Shown: positions 1 to 10,918, counted from the first letter of the stretch. The stretch: 64,000 nucleotides of DNA from Terrimicrobiaceae bacterium (GCA_044342325.1 JBIIPZ010000009.1:19924-83923); one strand, 5' to 3'. The notes: generated by a model from the letters alone, not told the origin. Translations and numbers: made by a program.

Positions 1-2691
1 GTGCGCGAGTGGGGCCCAGCCATTGGGGAAATCAGCAACACCGCCATCGAGGACGCCCGCCGCGACGGCATTAATCTCGACCCCTCAAATGGCCTCGATC
101 CGGAGGCGCGCCTGTGGATGCATCGGGATGGCGTGAGCCTCTGGAAGGATTTTGCTGCCAGCACACGCCGCGCCGTCGAACGCGACAGCGTCCTTGTGGA
201 TAACGGAAATATCGTTCTTCCTGACACCCAGTTGCTGGACAATCTCTACTCGCAGCCGGATTTCCTGACCGATTGGCCGATGGAGGACCTTCGATGGAGT
301 GCCGGCCAACCAGGCATGGTTCCAGGGCTATGGAGCAGTGGCGAAATGGGAAAGGGCACCGAATACCGCGAACTTGCCATGTATGACTACCTCCGAGCCC
401 GCGGCCGGCTCGCGATGGTCAATATGGAGCGCACGATCCTTAAGGACGATTTTTCGGTTCTCAAAGACCACTACGCACGCGGCTTTCAGTTCATGACCCT
501 CTTCAATACCTACGACGGTGATGAGAAATTGGTTGAAGCTGTGGATCGTTGCGACAGCGAGCCCGCACTGCCCGCCGTCCACCGCGAGCCTTCGCTTCTC
601 GCTCTGGATTTTCCGCGACAGAAAAAGTTCGGTCCCGAGGAGGCAGTTGTTTCGAAACAAAATGTTACGATCGAGCATGCCAAGACATTCCGCGCGGGCG
701 AGCACGGCGCCCCCCGCTTGGCCGTGGTCGATTCCGCCAAACCTGGCGATATCACTTACCGCATCGAAAATCCGGACACCTTCACCGCCGCGCTGAATCT
801 CCACTTGCAAGGGCGCATCTCAACCGTGAAGGGAAATAGCATCGAAATCCTCGCCGGGGAGTCGCTGGGAACACTGTCAAAAATCAAGACGCTGACCGCA
901 GATGATCTCCCCACCCCCAAACGGTGGACGCCTCATGTGACCTCCGAGACGACCATTGATCTGGGCCATGCGATGATCGGCAAAACAGAATACTACATCC
1001 GATTCGTGCTGCACTCACCCAGCTCACGAGACGCCGCGTTCCTAATGAAAATCGCCGTCGGCTCGCAGTGGGAACGAAAAAGCGGGTATCTCTCGGGCCA
1101 ACCTCTCAAACGTCAAGACCAGCGGATTCAGAACCTCTGGGTGCAAGATCGGGTGATCGCCGAGAACATGCTTGGGCAATTCACGGAAGCATCCGGAGGC
1201 GAAGCGGACAAATCAGCACACAGAGCGAAAATTCAAAAACAGGCCGAGGATTTGATCAGCCGTGGATGGTATCGCAGCGCCTACCGGTTGCTTGCTGGCG
1301 AGATATCGCAAATCCTCCCCGCTCGCTATGTCGTTCGAGGCGGCGGCACGCTGGACTGCTGGCCGGTGGAAGTCGCCATGCCATCCGAGAAAGACAGTGT
1401 CGTGGTGAGGCTGCTCAGTGTCGCCCCCGAGAAAGTGTCCTTCTCCCTCAAGGCCGATCAAGTAGGGCAGAAAGTCGCATTAGCATTTCCTGGCCTTGAT
1501 CCCTCGAAAAAATGGACCCTCAAAACAACGGGCGTGAACAGCTATGAAATCCTGCCTGCGAAAGACACCGATCTGCTACTTGTCGTCGAGAAAGGGAAGG
1601 TCGGGATCACCATCGGACTCGATCCGGTGCCAACTGCCCCGAAGCAGGCACTCCCCCGCCACATCGTTGGCCGTGTGCTCGGCTGGAATAAGGCCCGCAT
1701 CACCATCGATACGCAGAACCTGGAATTGATGAACAACAACGACTCGATAGCGATCCCGCTCTCCAAAAATGTCAAAGTCTCCCGCAAGGCAGACCAGCTC
1801 ACCGATCCCAAGGCAGGGACAGCCCCTGACAAACTCGACCATGTGGCGCTGGAATTGGATGAAAAAGGCGAGGTCATCAGCGTCGATGCCCGTTACGGCC
1901 GCGATCGTGGACGCATCAAGGAATTCCACGCGCCAGTCTTGATCGGAGACCTCGCCGTCGGCGGCATCACTCTGGAAAACGGCCGCCGCTACGATTTCAA
2001 CTACGACAAGACCCACGGCACCCGCTTTGCCACCGTGGCCTTGAACAACCTGATCCTGAACTACGAACTCACCCACCTCGCGGAGGGGCTAAAACCCGGC
2101 ACCGAGGTCGAGATCGCCTACACACCAGCGATGAAAGAAGGCCGCGCGCCGCGCCTGTTCCTTGTCAACCAGCCGACCCGCGTGCTGCTGGAGGAGGATT
2201 ACACGCTGGCGAACGACGACGCATGGCGCAAAAAAACGACATCCATCGACAGAGTGGATGTGATCAATCACCGACCGGAGCCGAACTATCTTCACAATGT
2301 GGTCATCCGGCTCCTGCGGCCCACCACATGGTTCCAGCCCGGCAGCGTGGTGTATCAGGTGAAAAGTGAAACTCCGCTCGGCGACACCGCGCTCGAGTTC
2401 AATGCCCGCGCCTTCGAGGATTCCAGCCGCGTGGAATTCTTCACCAGTCTGGATGGCAAAAAATGGACCAAGGTCGGCCAGTTCGACAACACCTGGCAGA
2501 ACAACATCCCGCAAAGTCCGAACAGCAAGACCTGGAAATTCCCGCCGCAGACGGTCGACCTGACGCCGAGCGTCAAAGGCCTGAAGGATTTTTACCTGAA
2601 AATCTCCCTCACCACCGGAGATGCCGATGACCGTTTTTGCTTCGGTGGTTTCCGCGTTCTCAGCGCCGACACGACTCTCACAAAAAACTGA
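1..2691 (+). CDS. Large uncharacterised protein, paralogue A1 (subtype I), 5'-truncated by window edge; putative novel glycoside hydrolase-like
   Basis: Starts mid-protein (VREWGP aligns with IREFAP of A3/A5). Shares DG.xLDP, GLWSSGE, NMER, HRPEPNYL and ARAFEDSSRV..GQFDNTWQN with 12636..16256 and 26781..30485. Confidence 0.8.
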   Translation: MREWGPAIGEISNTAIEDARRDGINLDPSNGLDPEARLWMHRDGVSLWKDFAASTRRAVERDSVLVDNGNIVLPDTQLLDNLYSQPDFLTDWPMEDLRWSAGQPGMVPGLWSSGEMGKGTEYRELAMYDYLRARGRLAMVNMERTILKDDFSVLKDHYARGFQFMTLFNTYDGDEKLVEAVDRCDSEPALPAVHREPSLLALDFPRQKKFGPEEAVVSKQNVTIEHAKTFRAGEHGAPRLAVVDSAKPGDITYRIENPDTFTAALNLHLQGRISTVKGNSIEILAGESLGTLSKIKTLTADDLPTPKRWTPHVTSETTIDLGHAMIGKTEYYIRFVLHSPSSRDAAFLMKIAVGSQWERKSGYLSGQPLKRQDQRIQNLWVQDRVIAENMLGQFTEASGGEADKSAHRAKIQKQAEDLISRGWYRSAYRLLAGEISQILPARYVVRGGGTLDCWPVEVAMPSEKDSVVVRLLSVAPEKVSFSLKADQVGQKVALAFPGLDPSKKWTLKTTGVNSYEILPAKDTDLLLVVEKGKVGITIGLDPVPTAPKQALPRHIVGRVLGWNKARITIDTQNLELMNNNDSIAIPLSKNVKVSRKADQLTDPKAGTAPDKLDHVALELDEKGEVISVDARYGRDRGRIKEFHAPVLIGDLAVGGITLENGRRYDFNYDKTHGTRFATVALNNLILNYELTHLAEGLKPGTEVEIAYTPAMKEGRAPRLFLVNQPTRVLLEEDYTLANDDAWRKKTTSIDRVDVINHRPEPNYLHNVVIRLLRPTTWFQPGSVVYQVKSETPLGDTALEFNARAFEDSSRVEFFTSLDGKKWTKVGQFDNTWQNNIPQSPNSKTWKFPPQTVDLTPSVKGLKDFYLKISLTTGDADDRFCFGGFRVLSADTTLTKN

Positions 2692-2692
2692 T

Positions 2693-4180
2693 ATGAAAAC
2701 AACCCTCACCATCCTTCTCGCCGCTGCGGCTGCCACGACGCTCTCCGCCGCTCTTGCTAAAAAATCCGAGCTCCCGAAGCCAAACATCATTCTCATGGTT
2801 GCCGATGATCTTGGGTTTGGTGACCTGGGCTGCTACGGAGCAACGAAAGTCAAAACGCCAAATATTGACCGGCTTGCCGCCCAAGGCGTTCGCCTCACCG
2901 ATGCCCACGCCCCGGCAGCAGTCTGCCAGCCGACCCGCTACGGGATTCTCACCGGGCGCTACCACTGGCGCGCAAAGCGGACCGGAAATGGATATTATTT
3001 TCAGGACAACGAAATCCTTTTGCCTGAAGTCCTGCGCCAGTCGGGCTACGCCACCGCGGCCTTCGGCAAGTGGCATCTCGGCTGGGGCCTCGACCAGCAA
3101 TGGCCCGCCGATCTGTGGACCAAACCCATCAGCCACGGTCCGAACCAAGCCGGCTTTGACTACTCGTTCATGCAAGCCAGCGGCCACGAGTGGCCTCCGT
3201 TTGTGTTTGTGGAGAATGGTCAGGTTTACAAAGGCGACCCGAAAGATCCGCTTACGATCGTCAAGGAAACACCCGCCAATTTTATCGCGGCCTACGCTGG
3301 CGGGCAGGGTTCGAGTAAGGGCGCCAAAGCTGCCCACGAAGCCTACGATGTCGAGCGTCTCGATCTGGAGATCACCGAACGGGCCAACGACTGGATCGGG
3401 CAACAAAAAAAGCCGTTCTTTGTTTACCTCCCCTTTTTCGCACCCCATGTGCCGATCCTGCCCTCGAAGGAATTTCAAGGCACGAGCCAGGCGGGAATTT
3501 ACGGTGACTTTCTCCAGCAATTCGACCACGCGGTCGGAATGGTTCTGGATTCTCTCGAAAAAAACGGTCTCGCGGAAAACACCCTCGTCATCCTCACCAG
3601 CGACAACGGCGGTTGCCATGTGCAATGCTCGATCGACGCTGGGCACCGTAGCAACGCCCACCTTTTGGGTTTGAAGACCGATTCCTGGGAGGGCGGCCAC
3701 CGCGTGCCATTCATCGCCCGTTGGCTAGGCAAAATCCCCGCCGATAAAGTCTCCGACAAGCTCCTGTCTCTCACCGACCTTTTCCCGACAATCGTTGCAG
3801 CCACAGGAACCCTTCTTCCTCGCGACGCCGCGCCGGACGGACTCAACCAGCTTGCCCTCCTCGAACACCCGATCGACACCCCTGCCATCCGCTCCGAGAT
3901 GGTTTACAATGGCAACGCACTCCGGAGTGGCGACTGGGTCTATCTGCCCAAGCCCGGCAACATGGGGGCGTTTGGCACCTTCTACTTCAAGCCGTTCGGC
4001 TACAAAAATTCCCAACACGATGCCGATGGCAAGCTCTTGCCCGACGCTCTGCCCGAGCAGCTCTACAATCTCCGCGAGGATCCCTCTCAAACCAGCAATC
4101 TCGCCGCCAAGCACCCGGCCATTGCCAAGCAAATGGCTGCACGGTTGAAGGAAATCCAGCGTCAGTCGAAATCCAAATGA
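2693..4180 (+). CDS. Cys-type sulfatase (arylsulfatase A-like), secreted
   Basis: ATG at 2693 gives signal peptide MKTTLTILLAAAAA; motifs PNIILMVADDLG, CQPTR, FGKWHLG, SDNG, WEGGHRVP. Confidence 0.93.
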   Translation: MKTTLTILLAAAAATTLSAALAKKSELPKPNIILMVADDLGFGDLGCYGATKVKTPNIDRLAAQGVRLTDAHAPAAVCQPTRYGILTGRYHWRAKRTGNGYYFQDNEILLPEVLRQSGYATAAFGKWHLGWGLDQQWPADLWTKPISHGPNQAGFDYSFMQASGHEWPPFVFVENGQVYKGDPKDPLTIVKETPANFIAAYAGGQGSSKGAKAAHEAYDVERLDLEITERANDWIGQQKKPFFVYLPFFAPHVPILPSKEFQGTSQAGIYGDFLQQFDHAVGMVLDSLEKNGLAENTLVILTSDNGGCHVQCSIDAGHRSNAHLLGLKTDSWEGGHRVPFIARWLGKIPADKVSDKLLSLTDLFPTIVAATGTLLPRDAAPDGLNQLALLEHPIDTPAIRSEMVYNGNALRSGDWVYLPKPGNMGAFGTFYFKPFGYKNSQHDADGKLLPDALPEQLYNLREDPSQTSNLAAKHPAIAKQMAARLKEIQRQSKSK

Positions 4181-5802
4181 AAACCCTGCTCCTCGCCCCC
4201 CTCGCCCTTTTCGTCGGATTCTTTTCACCCGCCCAGGCAACAACGACGCGTCCAAACATCGTGTTGTTCCTGGCCGACGACTTGGGCTTCGCCAACCTCG
4301 GCTGCTACGACCAACCGGATTTTCACACTCCCCATGTCGATGAAATCGCCGCCCGGGGGGTAAAGTTCACCGATGGACACGCGCCGGCTGCCGTTTGCCA
4401 GCCCTCGCGCTACGCGATTCTGGCGGGCCGGTGGTATTGGCGCTCGATGTGGGGCCGTTACCAATCTGGAATCTATTTTCAGGAAAACGAAATCCTCCTG
4501 CCCCAAGTCCTCAAGGATGCGGGTTATTCCACCGCCGTATTTGGCAAATGGCACCTCGGATTCGGTCCGCGAAAAGGGCGCGGCGAGGAACCGGACTGGA
4601 ATGCCGAACTCAAACCCGGCCCTCTGGAGTGCGGGTTCGACGACTGGTTCGGAATGCCGAACGCCCACAACATGCCGCCCTTCGTGTTTGTCGAGAACCA
4701 CCGCGTTTACAAAGGAGATCCGGCAGATCCAATCGTGATGCACTCCACCGAGGATGCAAAGGCGAAGAAAATCCCGCAAGCCACAGGTTGGGGCGCGAGC
4801 AGCGGAGCAAAAGCCGCCCACGAGGCCTGCCCACGGGATCGTATCGACCTTATCATCGGGGAGCGCGCCGCCGCCTGGGTGGCCGAGCAAAAACCAGACA
4901 AACCTTTTTTCCTCTATGTGCCCTTCTTTGCTCCCCACGCGCCGGTTGAGCCTGCTGAAGAGTTTCTTGGCCAAAGTCCCATGGCAAAGCGTGTGAAGAA
5001 AAATACCAACTCCACGCGCACGGCCGATGTCGTGCAGCAAATGGATCACGCCGTTGGCATGGTGATGACTGCATTGAAGGAAAAAGGCGTGCTCGAAAAC
5101 ACGATCGTGGTCTTCAGCAGCGACAACGGAAACATCAACCTCGGCGACAACCAAGCCATCGGCTTCCGCACCAACGGCCCGTTCAACGGCAACAAGGGGG
5201 AAATTTGGGAGGGAGGGCACCGCGTGCCTTTCCTCGTTTCCTGGCCTGGCCACATTCCCGAAGGAAAGACCTGCGACAAGTTCATCTCGCTGATCGATCT
5301 CTACCGCACTTTTCTGGCTGCGGCTGACATCCCGCTCCCAGAGGGGGCGGCTCCGGATGGTCTCGACATGCTTTCGCTCTGGGAGCATCCCGACACTGGC
5401 GAAGGACGAAAAATCATGCTCTATCGCGGCAAGGGCCATGCCCTCCGGGTTGGAGACTGGGTTTATGTTCCCCCGGCCGAAGTTCCCAATACAAAACCTG
5501 TGAAACTCGTATCCCAGGGGGCTGGTGGATTGGCCGATGGGGGCGGAGGCCCTGCCGTGAAACTCGGCTACACCAACAGCGATTTTGATGAAAACGGCAA
5601 GCTGAAGCCGGATGCTCCGGCGGAACAAATTTACAATCTCCGCAACGATCCCTCCCAGACGAACAATCTCTTTCAGACCGAAAAAGAGCGCTTGGCTGTG
5701 CTTCGAAAAATCCAGCAATCCCTCAAAACCAGTCAAAACAAGCCTCTCGAGGATCTCCTGAAGAAGCTCACGCCAGAGGAATCCTCGCTGCTCGGCATCT
5801 AA
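4177..5802 (+). CDS. Cys-type sulfatase, secreted
   Basis: ATGA overlap with the upstream gene; signal peptide; PNIVLFLADDLG, CQPSR, GKWHLG, SDNG, WEGGHRVP. Confidence 0.93.
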   Translation: MKTLLLAPLALFVGFFSPAQATTTRPNIVLFLADDLGFANLGCYDQPDFHTPHVDEIAARGVKFTDGHAPAAVCQPSRYAILAGRWYWRSMWGRYQSGIYFQENEILLPQVLKDAGYSTAVFGKWHLGFGPRKGRGEEPDWNAELKPGPLECGFDDWFGMPNAHNMPPFVFVENHRVYKGDPADPIVMHSTEDAKAKKIPQATGWGASSGAKAAHEACPRDRIDLIIGERAAAWVAEQKPDKPFFLYVPFFAPHAPVEPAEEFLGQSPMAKRVKKNTNSTRTADVVQQMDHAVGMVMTALKEKGVLENTIVVFSSDNGNINLGDNQAIGFRTNGPFNGNKGEIWEGGHRVPFLVSWPGHIPEGKTCDKFISLIDLYRTFLAAADIPLPEGAAPDGLDMLSLWEHPDTGEGRKIMLYRGKGHALRVGDWVYVPPAEVPNTKPVKLVSQGAGGLADGGGGPAVKLGYTNSDFDENGKLKPDAPAEQIYNLRNDPSQTNNLFQTEKERLAVLRKIQQSLKTSQNKPLEDLLKKLTPEESSLLGI

Positions 5803-5818
5803 TACCTACTTACCACTC

Positions 5819-8800
5819 ATGAAAAAAACGATTCTCGCAACACTCGTTGCCCTCACCCCGTTGCTCTCCTTCGCATCCAGCGGGATTTCCGATCAGATTC
5901 AATTCGGAGACGCCGCCAGCGAAAAAAGCCATCGCGCGACCTTCTCATCGGGCGTGGAGAGCAAGAAACTCGACACGACCGTCGGCTTCATGAAGCACAG
6001 CCACGCCACCCGTGAATTTTCTGGCAAAGGCTCCGAGGCCTCCTTCCAGCTCAAAGTGCCGCTCAAAGAAGCCGCTCCGCGCGTTCTCCTCGAAATCCAA
6101 GAAGTCCACGACCGCCGCAATGTCTTCGGCTACTCGGTTTATGCGGGCGGAAAGAAAGTTTACTTCCGCAGCTACGAGGAAATCAGCGGCGGGCCCAACC
6201 ATTACTTCGTGGAAATCGACCGTGACTTGGTTGGCAAAAACGGACTCTTGGATGTCAAAATCGTGAGCGAGGGAACCGCACCCTTCAACATCTCCCAGGT
6301 TTGGATTTACCCCGACTTCAACAAACTGGCCGAGCAAGAGAACATCTTCACCAAGCTGGGCTTCATCGTGGCTCTCTCACCGGAGCTGGTGGGTCTGAAA
6401 GTCGATCCAAAGGACGACAGCGTCGAAACCGGCGTCAAAATCGCCAATGGTATCCGCGAAAAATACGCGACCCAATCCTACGACCTCGGATTCCTGAGTT
6501 TCATCGGATACGCGCGGCGCTCCGAGGAGGAATCCCGCAAGGCGATCGACAAGGCCCTTGCTGTCTCCGCCGCCACCGGCCTGCCCTACCACTTCATGCT
6601 CCAATCCTGGTGGGGCGGCGCCAATGTCGGCCCCGATGGCTTGGGCGGCTACTTCTCCGATCTCAAATACGAATCCGTCAACTACGACCCCGAAACAAAG
6701 GAATTCACCCCCTCTTTTCCGAATCAGTGGGGCAATTCCCTCTGGCCGACCAAAAACAACCCGCACCTCAACAAGGTCAACAACCACCGCATCGGCAATG
6801 TGGCCCGCTACATCGCCGACCGCACCGAAGCGCTTCGCGTCTCCGAAGGCAATGTTCCCGCGCCGGTGATCTATGCCGAGTGGGGCCCTAACTACGGCCC
6901 TGACTACAACGCCGCCGCTGTCGAAGCCGCAAAAAAAGACGGCGTCATCCTCGACCCGCGCGATGGGCTGTCGCGCGAGGAGGCCCAGTGGATTTATGAA
7001 AGCTACGGCCAGTATTTCAACCAGCAGGCGCCAACTTACAAAGAGTCGCTCGGCCGGGGGCATGTGATTGTGAAAGACGGCAAGGCCCAACCTCCCGCCG
7101 ACCCGCTCATCGACAATCTTTACACCCATGGCTTCTGGGACCACGGCAACCCGAACTACGACCGCAAGCAGGGCTACTGGCAGCAATGCATGAACGAAGG
7201 CATGTGGACGAGCGGCGAACTCTACCCCCGCTATCCCCAGACTTTCTACGACTACATCCTGCCCGTGAGCCGTGTGACTTGCGTGAATCTGGAACGCGCC
7301 ATGGTGAACGATCTCGGTTTCATGAAGGACAGCTACGGTCGGGGATTGGAGTTCGTGACCCTCTTCAACTGCAAACCCGGCGACGAAGCCCTGCTAAAGG
7401 CCGTCGATGGCGTGGAGAATCTCCCCAAGCCCGTTGAATCCTACGACCGACATGTCCTTGATGTCTTCTTCGCTCGCGACAAGTCGGTCGAAAAATCCAG
7501 AGGCTTTGTGAATGCGAGTGGCGTGGAAATCGAAGGCTCCAAGTTGCATCCCTCCGAATCCAAAAAAACCGGTCGCGTCGTTTATCGCATCGAGGATTCG
7601 GGGACCGCCTTCGCGAATGGCTTGAAATTGGAAATCGTCGGCAGCATCGGACGCCGCGCGACGGGCGACGACTGGACGATCAAGGTTTTGGCCGGATCGG
7701 ATCCGCAGAAGTTGCAACCCGTGGCGACCCTAACCTCCATCGAACTCGCCAAGGCCAAAGGAAAATCGGCCACGGTGGATCTCGGAGCTGTGGCCAAGGG
7801 TCAAAAGCTACTTTTCACCGCCGTGGAATTGCGCTCCGGCGGTCAACCTGACGAGGTCGAGGTGCGCGAAATTTCCGCCTTCATTCCATGGCCTGAAAAA
7901 TCCGGACAGACCGATGGCTCCGTGCCGACGATGAAACAAAACCGCCTGCGTAGCTTGTGGCTCCAGCAGCGGGCTCGACTCGACCGCGCCATCCGCGACT
8001 TCCAATCCCGCAGTGGCCCCACGGAAATCCTTGCGAAGGCCAAAACCTTGCGTGAAGAAGGCCGCTATGCCACAGCCCACCGCTTGCTGACCGGCGAAAT
8101 TGCCAGTATTCTCCCCGCACGATACTCCATTGCGGGAGAAGGGCCTCTCTCTCCGCATCCAGTCATGGTGAGCGCGGCTGACAAAAAGGCCATCGTGCAA
8201 GTGGAACTTCTCTCCTGCGACAAAAACGGCGCGTCGCTCCGACTAAACTCCGATCGCCCCACCGAAGTCAACCTTCGCTTTGCCAAGCTCCAGACTGGCC
8301 GCAGCTACTCGCTCGTGGAAACGAGCCCCCAGCTCTACCGCGTCGAGCCCGCTGCGAATGCAGAAGCGATTGCTCCGGCAGCTGACGGCACGCTCGCCCT
8401 CAAGCTCCAAAGCGCTCCTCCCGTGATCCAGCCGGAATTCCCGTTTGAGCCGCTCAGGCAGGTTGCGATCCCTCGCCAGACCAAAGGAAAATCCGAGATC
8501 GTGAAGGGAACGATTCGCTCCTTCACGCCTCCCTCACTCGAAGGCGAAGGCTGCAACGGCATTGTTGAAATGGACAACGGCGAGCGCTACGAACTCGCCT
8601 ATCTCCCTTGGTATACCAAGACGAACCTCGTCGGTTGCTCGGACCTGAAATCCCTCGGCTTGGATGGAATCAGCAGCGCCTTCCGGCCCGGATCCTTGAT
8701 CACACTGGAGGTCGATTCCATGACCTACGAAGGCAAGCCGCCCCGCATCATCAAAGCCACCCAGCCGGTAAAAACTCTCCTTTCCGAAGACTACACCAAG

Positions 8801-9214
8801 GCCGACGACACCTGGGCCAGCCGCGCGGCCGAGGTCTCTGGACTCCATGTCAAAGACTACCGGGGCAAAAAGCTCTACCCGGTTAAAAACTGGCAACCTG
8901 GCCATGTGGTCTATCACCTCGAAAATGGAGGAAAACCCTTCGGCCAAACCGCCGTCGGCTTCAACGGACGCGTGATTTTGAACCCCGCCAACAAAGTCAG
9001 CTTCTTCGTCCGCACCGATGGCGGAGACTGGAAGGAATGCGCCGTATTCGTCACCAAGAGCCCGGGATCAAACAACCCCCGCGCCACGAAATTCATCGAT
9101 GTCACCGACCTCGTCAAAGGCAAGACCGCCTTCGACCTCAAAGTCGAAATCCACACCGCCAACGACACCTGGGCCATGGTGGAGGGCCTCCAAGTTAGAA
9201 CCCTCGGGGACTGA
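5819..9214 (+). CDS. Large secreted uncharacterised protein, paralogue A2 (subtype II)
   Basis: Signal peptide MKKTILATLVAL; family motifs VYFRSYEE..GPNHYFVE, GPDGLGGYFSD, SFPNQWG, YAEWGP, WTSGE, NLER. Closest to 19410..23048. Confidence 0.85.
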   Translation: MKKTILATLVALTPLLSFASSGISDQIQFGDAASEKSHRATFSSGVESKKLDTTVGFMKHSHATREFSGKGSEASFQLKVPLKEAAPRVLLEIQEVHDRRNVFGYSVYAGGKKVYFRSYEEISGGPNHYFVEIDRDLVGKNGLLDVKIVSEGTAPFNISQVWIYPDFNKLAEQENIFTKLGFIVALSPELVGLKVDPKDDSVETGVKIANGIREKYATQSYDLGFLSFIGYARRSEEESRKAIDKALAVSAATGLPYHFMLQSWWGGANVGPDGLGGYFSDLKYESVNYDPETKEFTPSFPNQWGNSLWPTKNNPHLNKVNNHRIGNVARYIADRTEALRVSEGNVPAPVIYAEWGPNYGPDYNAAAVEAAKKDGVILDPRDGLSREEAQWIYESYGQYFNQQAPTYKESLGRGHVIVKDGKAQPPADPLIDNLYTHGFWDHGNPNYDRKQGYWQQCMNEGMWTSGELYPRYPQTFYDYILPVSRVTCVNLERAMVNDLGFMKDSYGRGLEFVTLFNCKPGDEALLKAVDGVENLPKPVESYDRHVLDVFFARDKSVEKSRGFVNASGVEIEGSKLHPSESKKTGRVVYRIEDSGTAFANGLKLEIVGSIGRRATGDDWTIKVLAGSDPQKLQPVATLTSIELAKAKGKSATVDLGAVAKGQKLLFTAVELRSGGQPDEVEVREISAFIPWPEKSGQTDGSVPTMKQNRLRSLWLQQRARLDRAIRDFQSRSGPTEILAKAKTLREEGRYATAHRLLTGEIASILPARYSIAGEGPLSPHPVMVSAADKKAIVQVELLSCDKNGASLRLNSDRPTEVNLRFAKLQTGRSYSLVETSPQLYRVEPAANAEAIAPAADGTLALKLQSAPPVIQPEFPFEPLRQVAIPRQTKGKSEIVKGTIRSFTPPSLEGEGCNGIVEMDNGERYELAYLPWYTKTNLVGCSDLKSLGLDGISSAFRPGSLITLEVDSMTYEGKPPRIIKATQPVKTLLSEDYTKADDTWASRAAEVSGLHVKDYRGKKLYPVKNWQPGHVVYHLENGGKPFGQTAVGFNGRVILNPANKVSFFVRTDGGDWKECAVFVTKSPGSNNPRATKFIDVTDLVKGKTAFDLKVEIHTANDTWAMVEGLQVRTLGD

Positions 9215-9218
9215 TCGC

Positions 9219-9428
9219 ATGATAAATTGGATCTCCACAACAAGCCTGCCGAAGAACATTTTCTACAATGTTGTTCTGCCAATATTCTTCGGCTGGGCAC
9301 TCTTCCATTTCTTTTGCACGGCACTCGGATGAGCCAATCCCGCGCTTGCCACGATTTATGGGTTCTTGGCCCTCATAACCATTTTAGGGTCTTTGATTAG
9401 AAATCTTGCCACGAATTTCTTAAGCTAA
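9219..9428 (+). pseudogene. Small two-TM membrane ORF interrupted by in-frame TGA (or a 37-aa peptide 9219..9332)
   Basis: ATG 4 nt after the A2 stop: MINWISTTSLPKNIFYNVVLPIFFGWALFHFFCTALG*ANPALATIYGFLALITILGSLIRNLATNFLS*. Hydrophobic segments lie on both sides of TGA 9330-9332. Confidence 0.4.
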
Positions 9429-9469
9429 TCCTAAAGGCGCTTTTAAATTAAAATTAGTTTTATTGAAGC

Positions 9470-10456
9470 ATGCTCAAGCGTCTATTTTTATCATTTCTTA
9501 CTGGATACATATTAATGTATTATGGTGAGCTTATGTTTTGGGCAACGCCAGACCGTGAAGGTTTCAACTTCAGTTCGGGCATCGGAATGTGGCTTCTCTA
9601 TTCCCTCATGTCTTATCCGTTCCTTTGCGTGGTGAGTTTCTTCAAAGCCGATACCCCATGGGCTGTTTTCTTGGCGGGAGCCTTCTATGGATGGTTTGAG
9701 GAAGGTCTTGTAGTTCAAACCATGTATGGAACTTCGGACGGGCCGTTCCCAATGTCCATCTCATTTACTGGTTTGGCTTGGCATGCAATGATCGGCGTTT
9801 GGATTGGATGGTATTTCCTGCGGAAAGTATTGACTGAAAATAATTATTTTAAGACAATCACCTTAGGATCATGCATCGGCCTTTTCTATGGCCTTTGGGC
9901 GGTATCTTGGTGGAATGAACCTCCCAGAGCGATGGAGGAATTAATCAGAACTGATAGGAAAGATATTCTGCTGATTCATTTTACGCTATTTGCATTTGGC
10001 GCCACTGCGATTCTGGCGCTAGTTCACTGGGTCTATGAGCGCGTTCGCCTTCCAGAGTTCAAACCCTCGAAACTCGAACTTGGAGTGTTGATCGCTTTGG
10101 TGATTCCTTACTACATTTTCGTCACAGTGCCAACTGCACCGAAAGCTCTTTGGGTGTTTCCAATACTGATGGGAATCACACTATTTTCCCTCAATCAGAA
10201 TAGAAAAAAAGAGCGCCGCCCTTGCTTGATCACCGCATTTCCCAAATCCCCCGACCTTCTAAATTGTTTTTTACTCTTCAGCATCCCTTTTGTCGCAAGC
10301 GCAGTCTATTTTTTAAATCTGGCAAATGAATTGCGACTTCCCACCAATTATATTTTCTACTTTGTCGCCAGTCCACTTGCCGCTTTGCTCTGGGGGATCT
10401 GCGTTGTAGTGGCGTTTCGAAAAAATCCAATGGCGCAGCAATCCCAAAGCAGTTGA
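9470..10456 (+). CDS. Multi-pass membrane hypothetical protein (AT-rich)
   Basis: 328-aa ORF with many hydrophobic helices; visibly lower GC than the flanks; AT-rich upstream region. Confidence 0.75.
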   Translation: MLKRLFLSFLTGYILMYYGELMFWATPDREGFNFSSGIGMWLLYSLMSYPFLCVVSFFKADTPWAVFLAGAFYGWFEEGLVVQTMYGTSDGPFPMSISFTGLAWHAMIGVWIGWYFLRKVLTENNYFKTITLGSCIGLFYGLWAVSWWNEPPRAMEELIRTDRKDILLIHFTLFAFGATAILALVHWVYERVRLPEFKPSKLELGVLIALVIPYYIFVTVPTAPKALWVFPILMGITLFSLNQNRKKERRPCLITAFPKSPDLLNCFLLFSIPFVASAVYFLNLANELRLPTNYIFYFVASPLAALLWGICVVVAFRKNPMAQQSQSS

Positions 10457-10618
10457 CAGAAAAATCACGCAGTTGGAATCTCGCTATAGATCCGCATCAT
10501 TATAAAGGAAAAGAACTGGTGGAATTTGAACCTGTTGCCTAACGCCTGAACCTAAATAAGGCATCGATCCGAGAAGTGCAGGAATTGCCTGTCGTTTTCA
10601 CGGCGCACCTTCTCAAGT

Positions 10619-10918
10619 TTGTTTTTCAGCCGGCCAGAAATCCAACCACCACTCTTCTGCGCTCACACCCGCCAGTTTGTCTCCGAAAAGAAATACGACG
10701 AAGCCATCGCCACATTCCAAGAAATCCTCCGCCACTACCCAGAGGAAAACAAAGCCAAACATCAGATCATCCGCATCACCAACCTCACAGGTCGAACCGA
10801 GATCGCCGAAAATTTTTCCAGAATTCTGTGGCGATTCTTACGATCAATCCAATCGTTTCGAAGTAGCTCCCTTGGCTACTCCGTGCAACAGCCCGCAAGC
10901 TATATTTCACCTTTATAA
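10619..10918 (+). pseudogene. Possible TPR-protein remnant
   Basis: EKKYDEAIATFQEILRHYPEENKA resembles one TPR helix pair; no convincing start codon or context. Confidence 0.3.
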
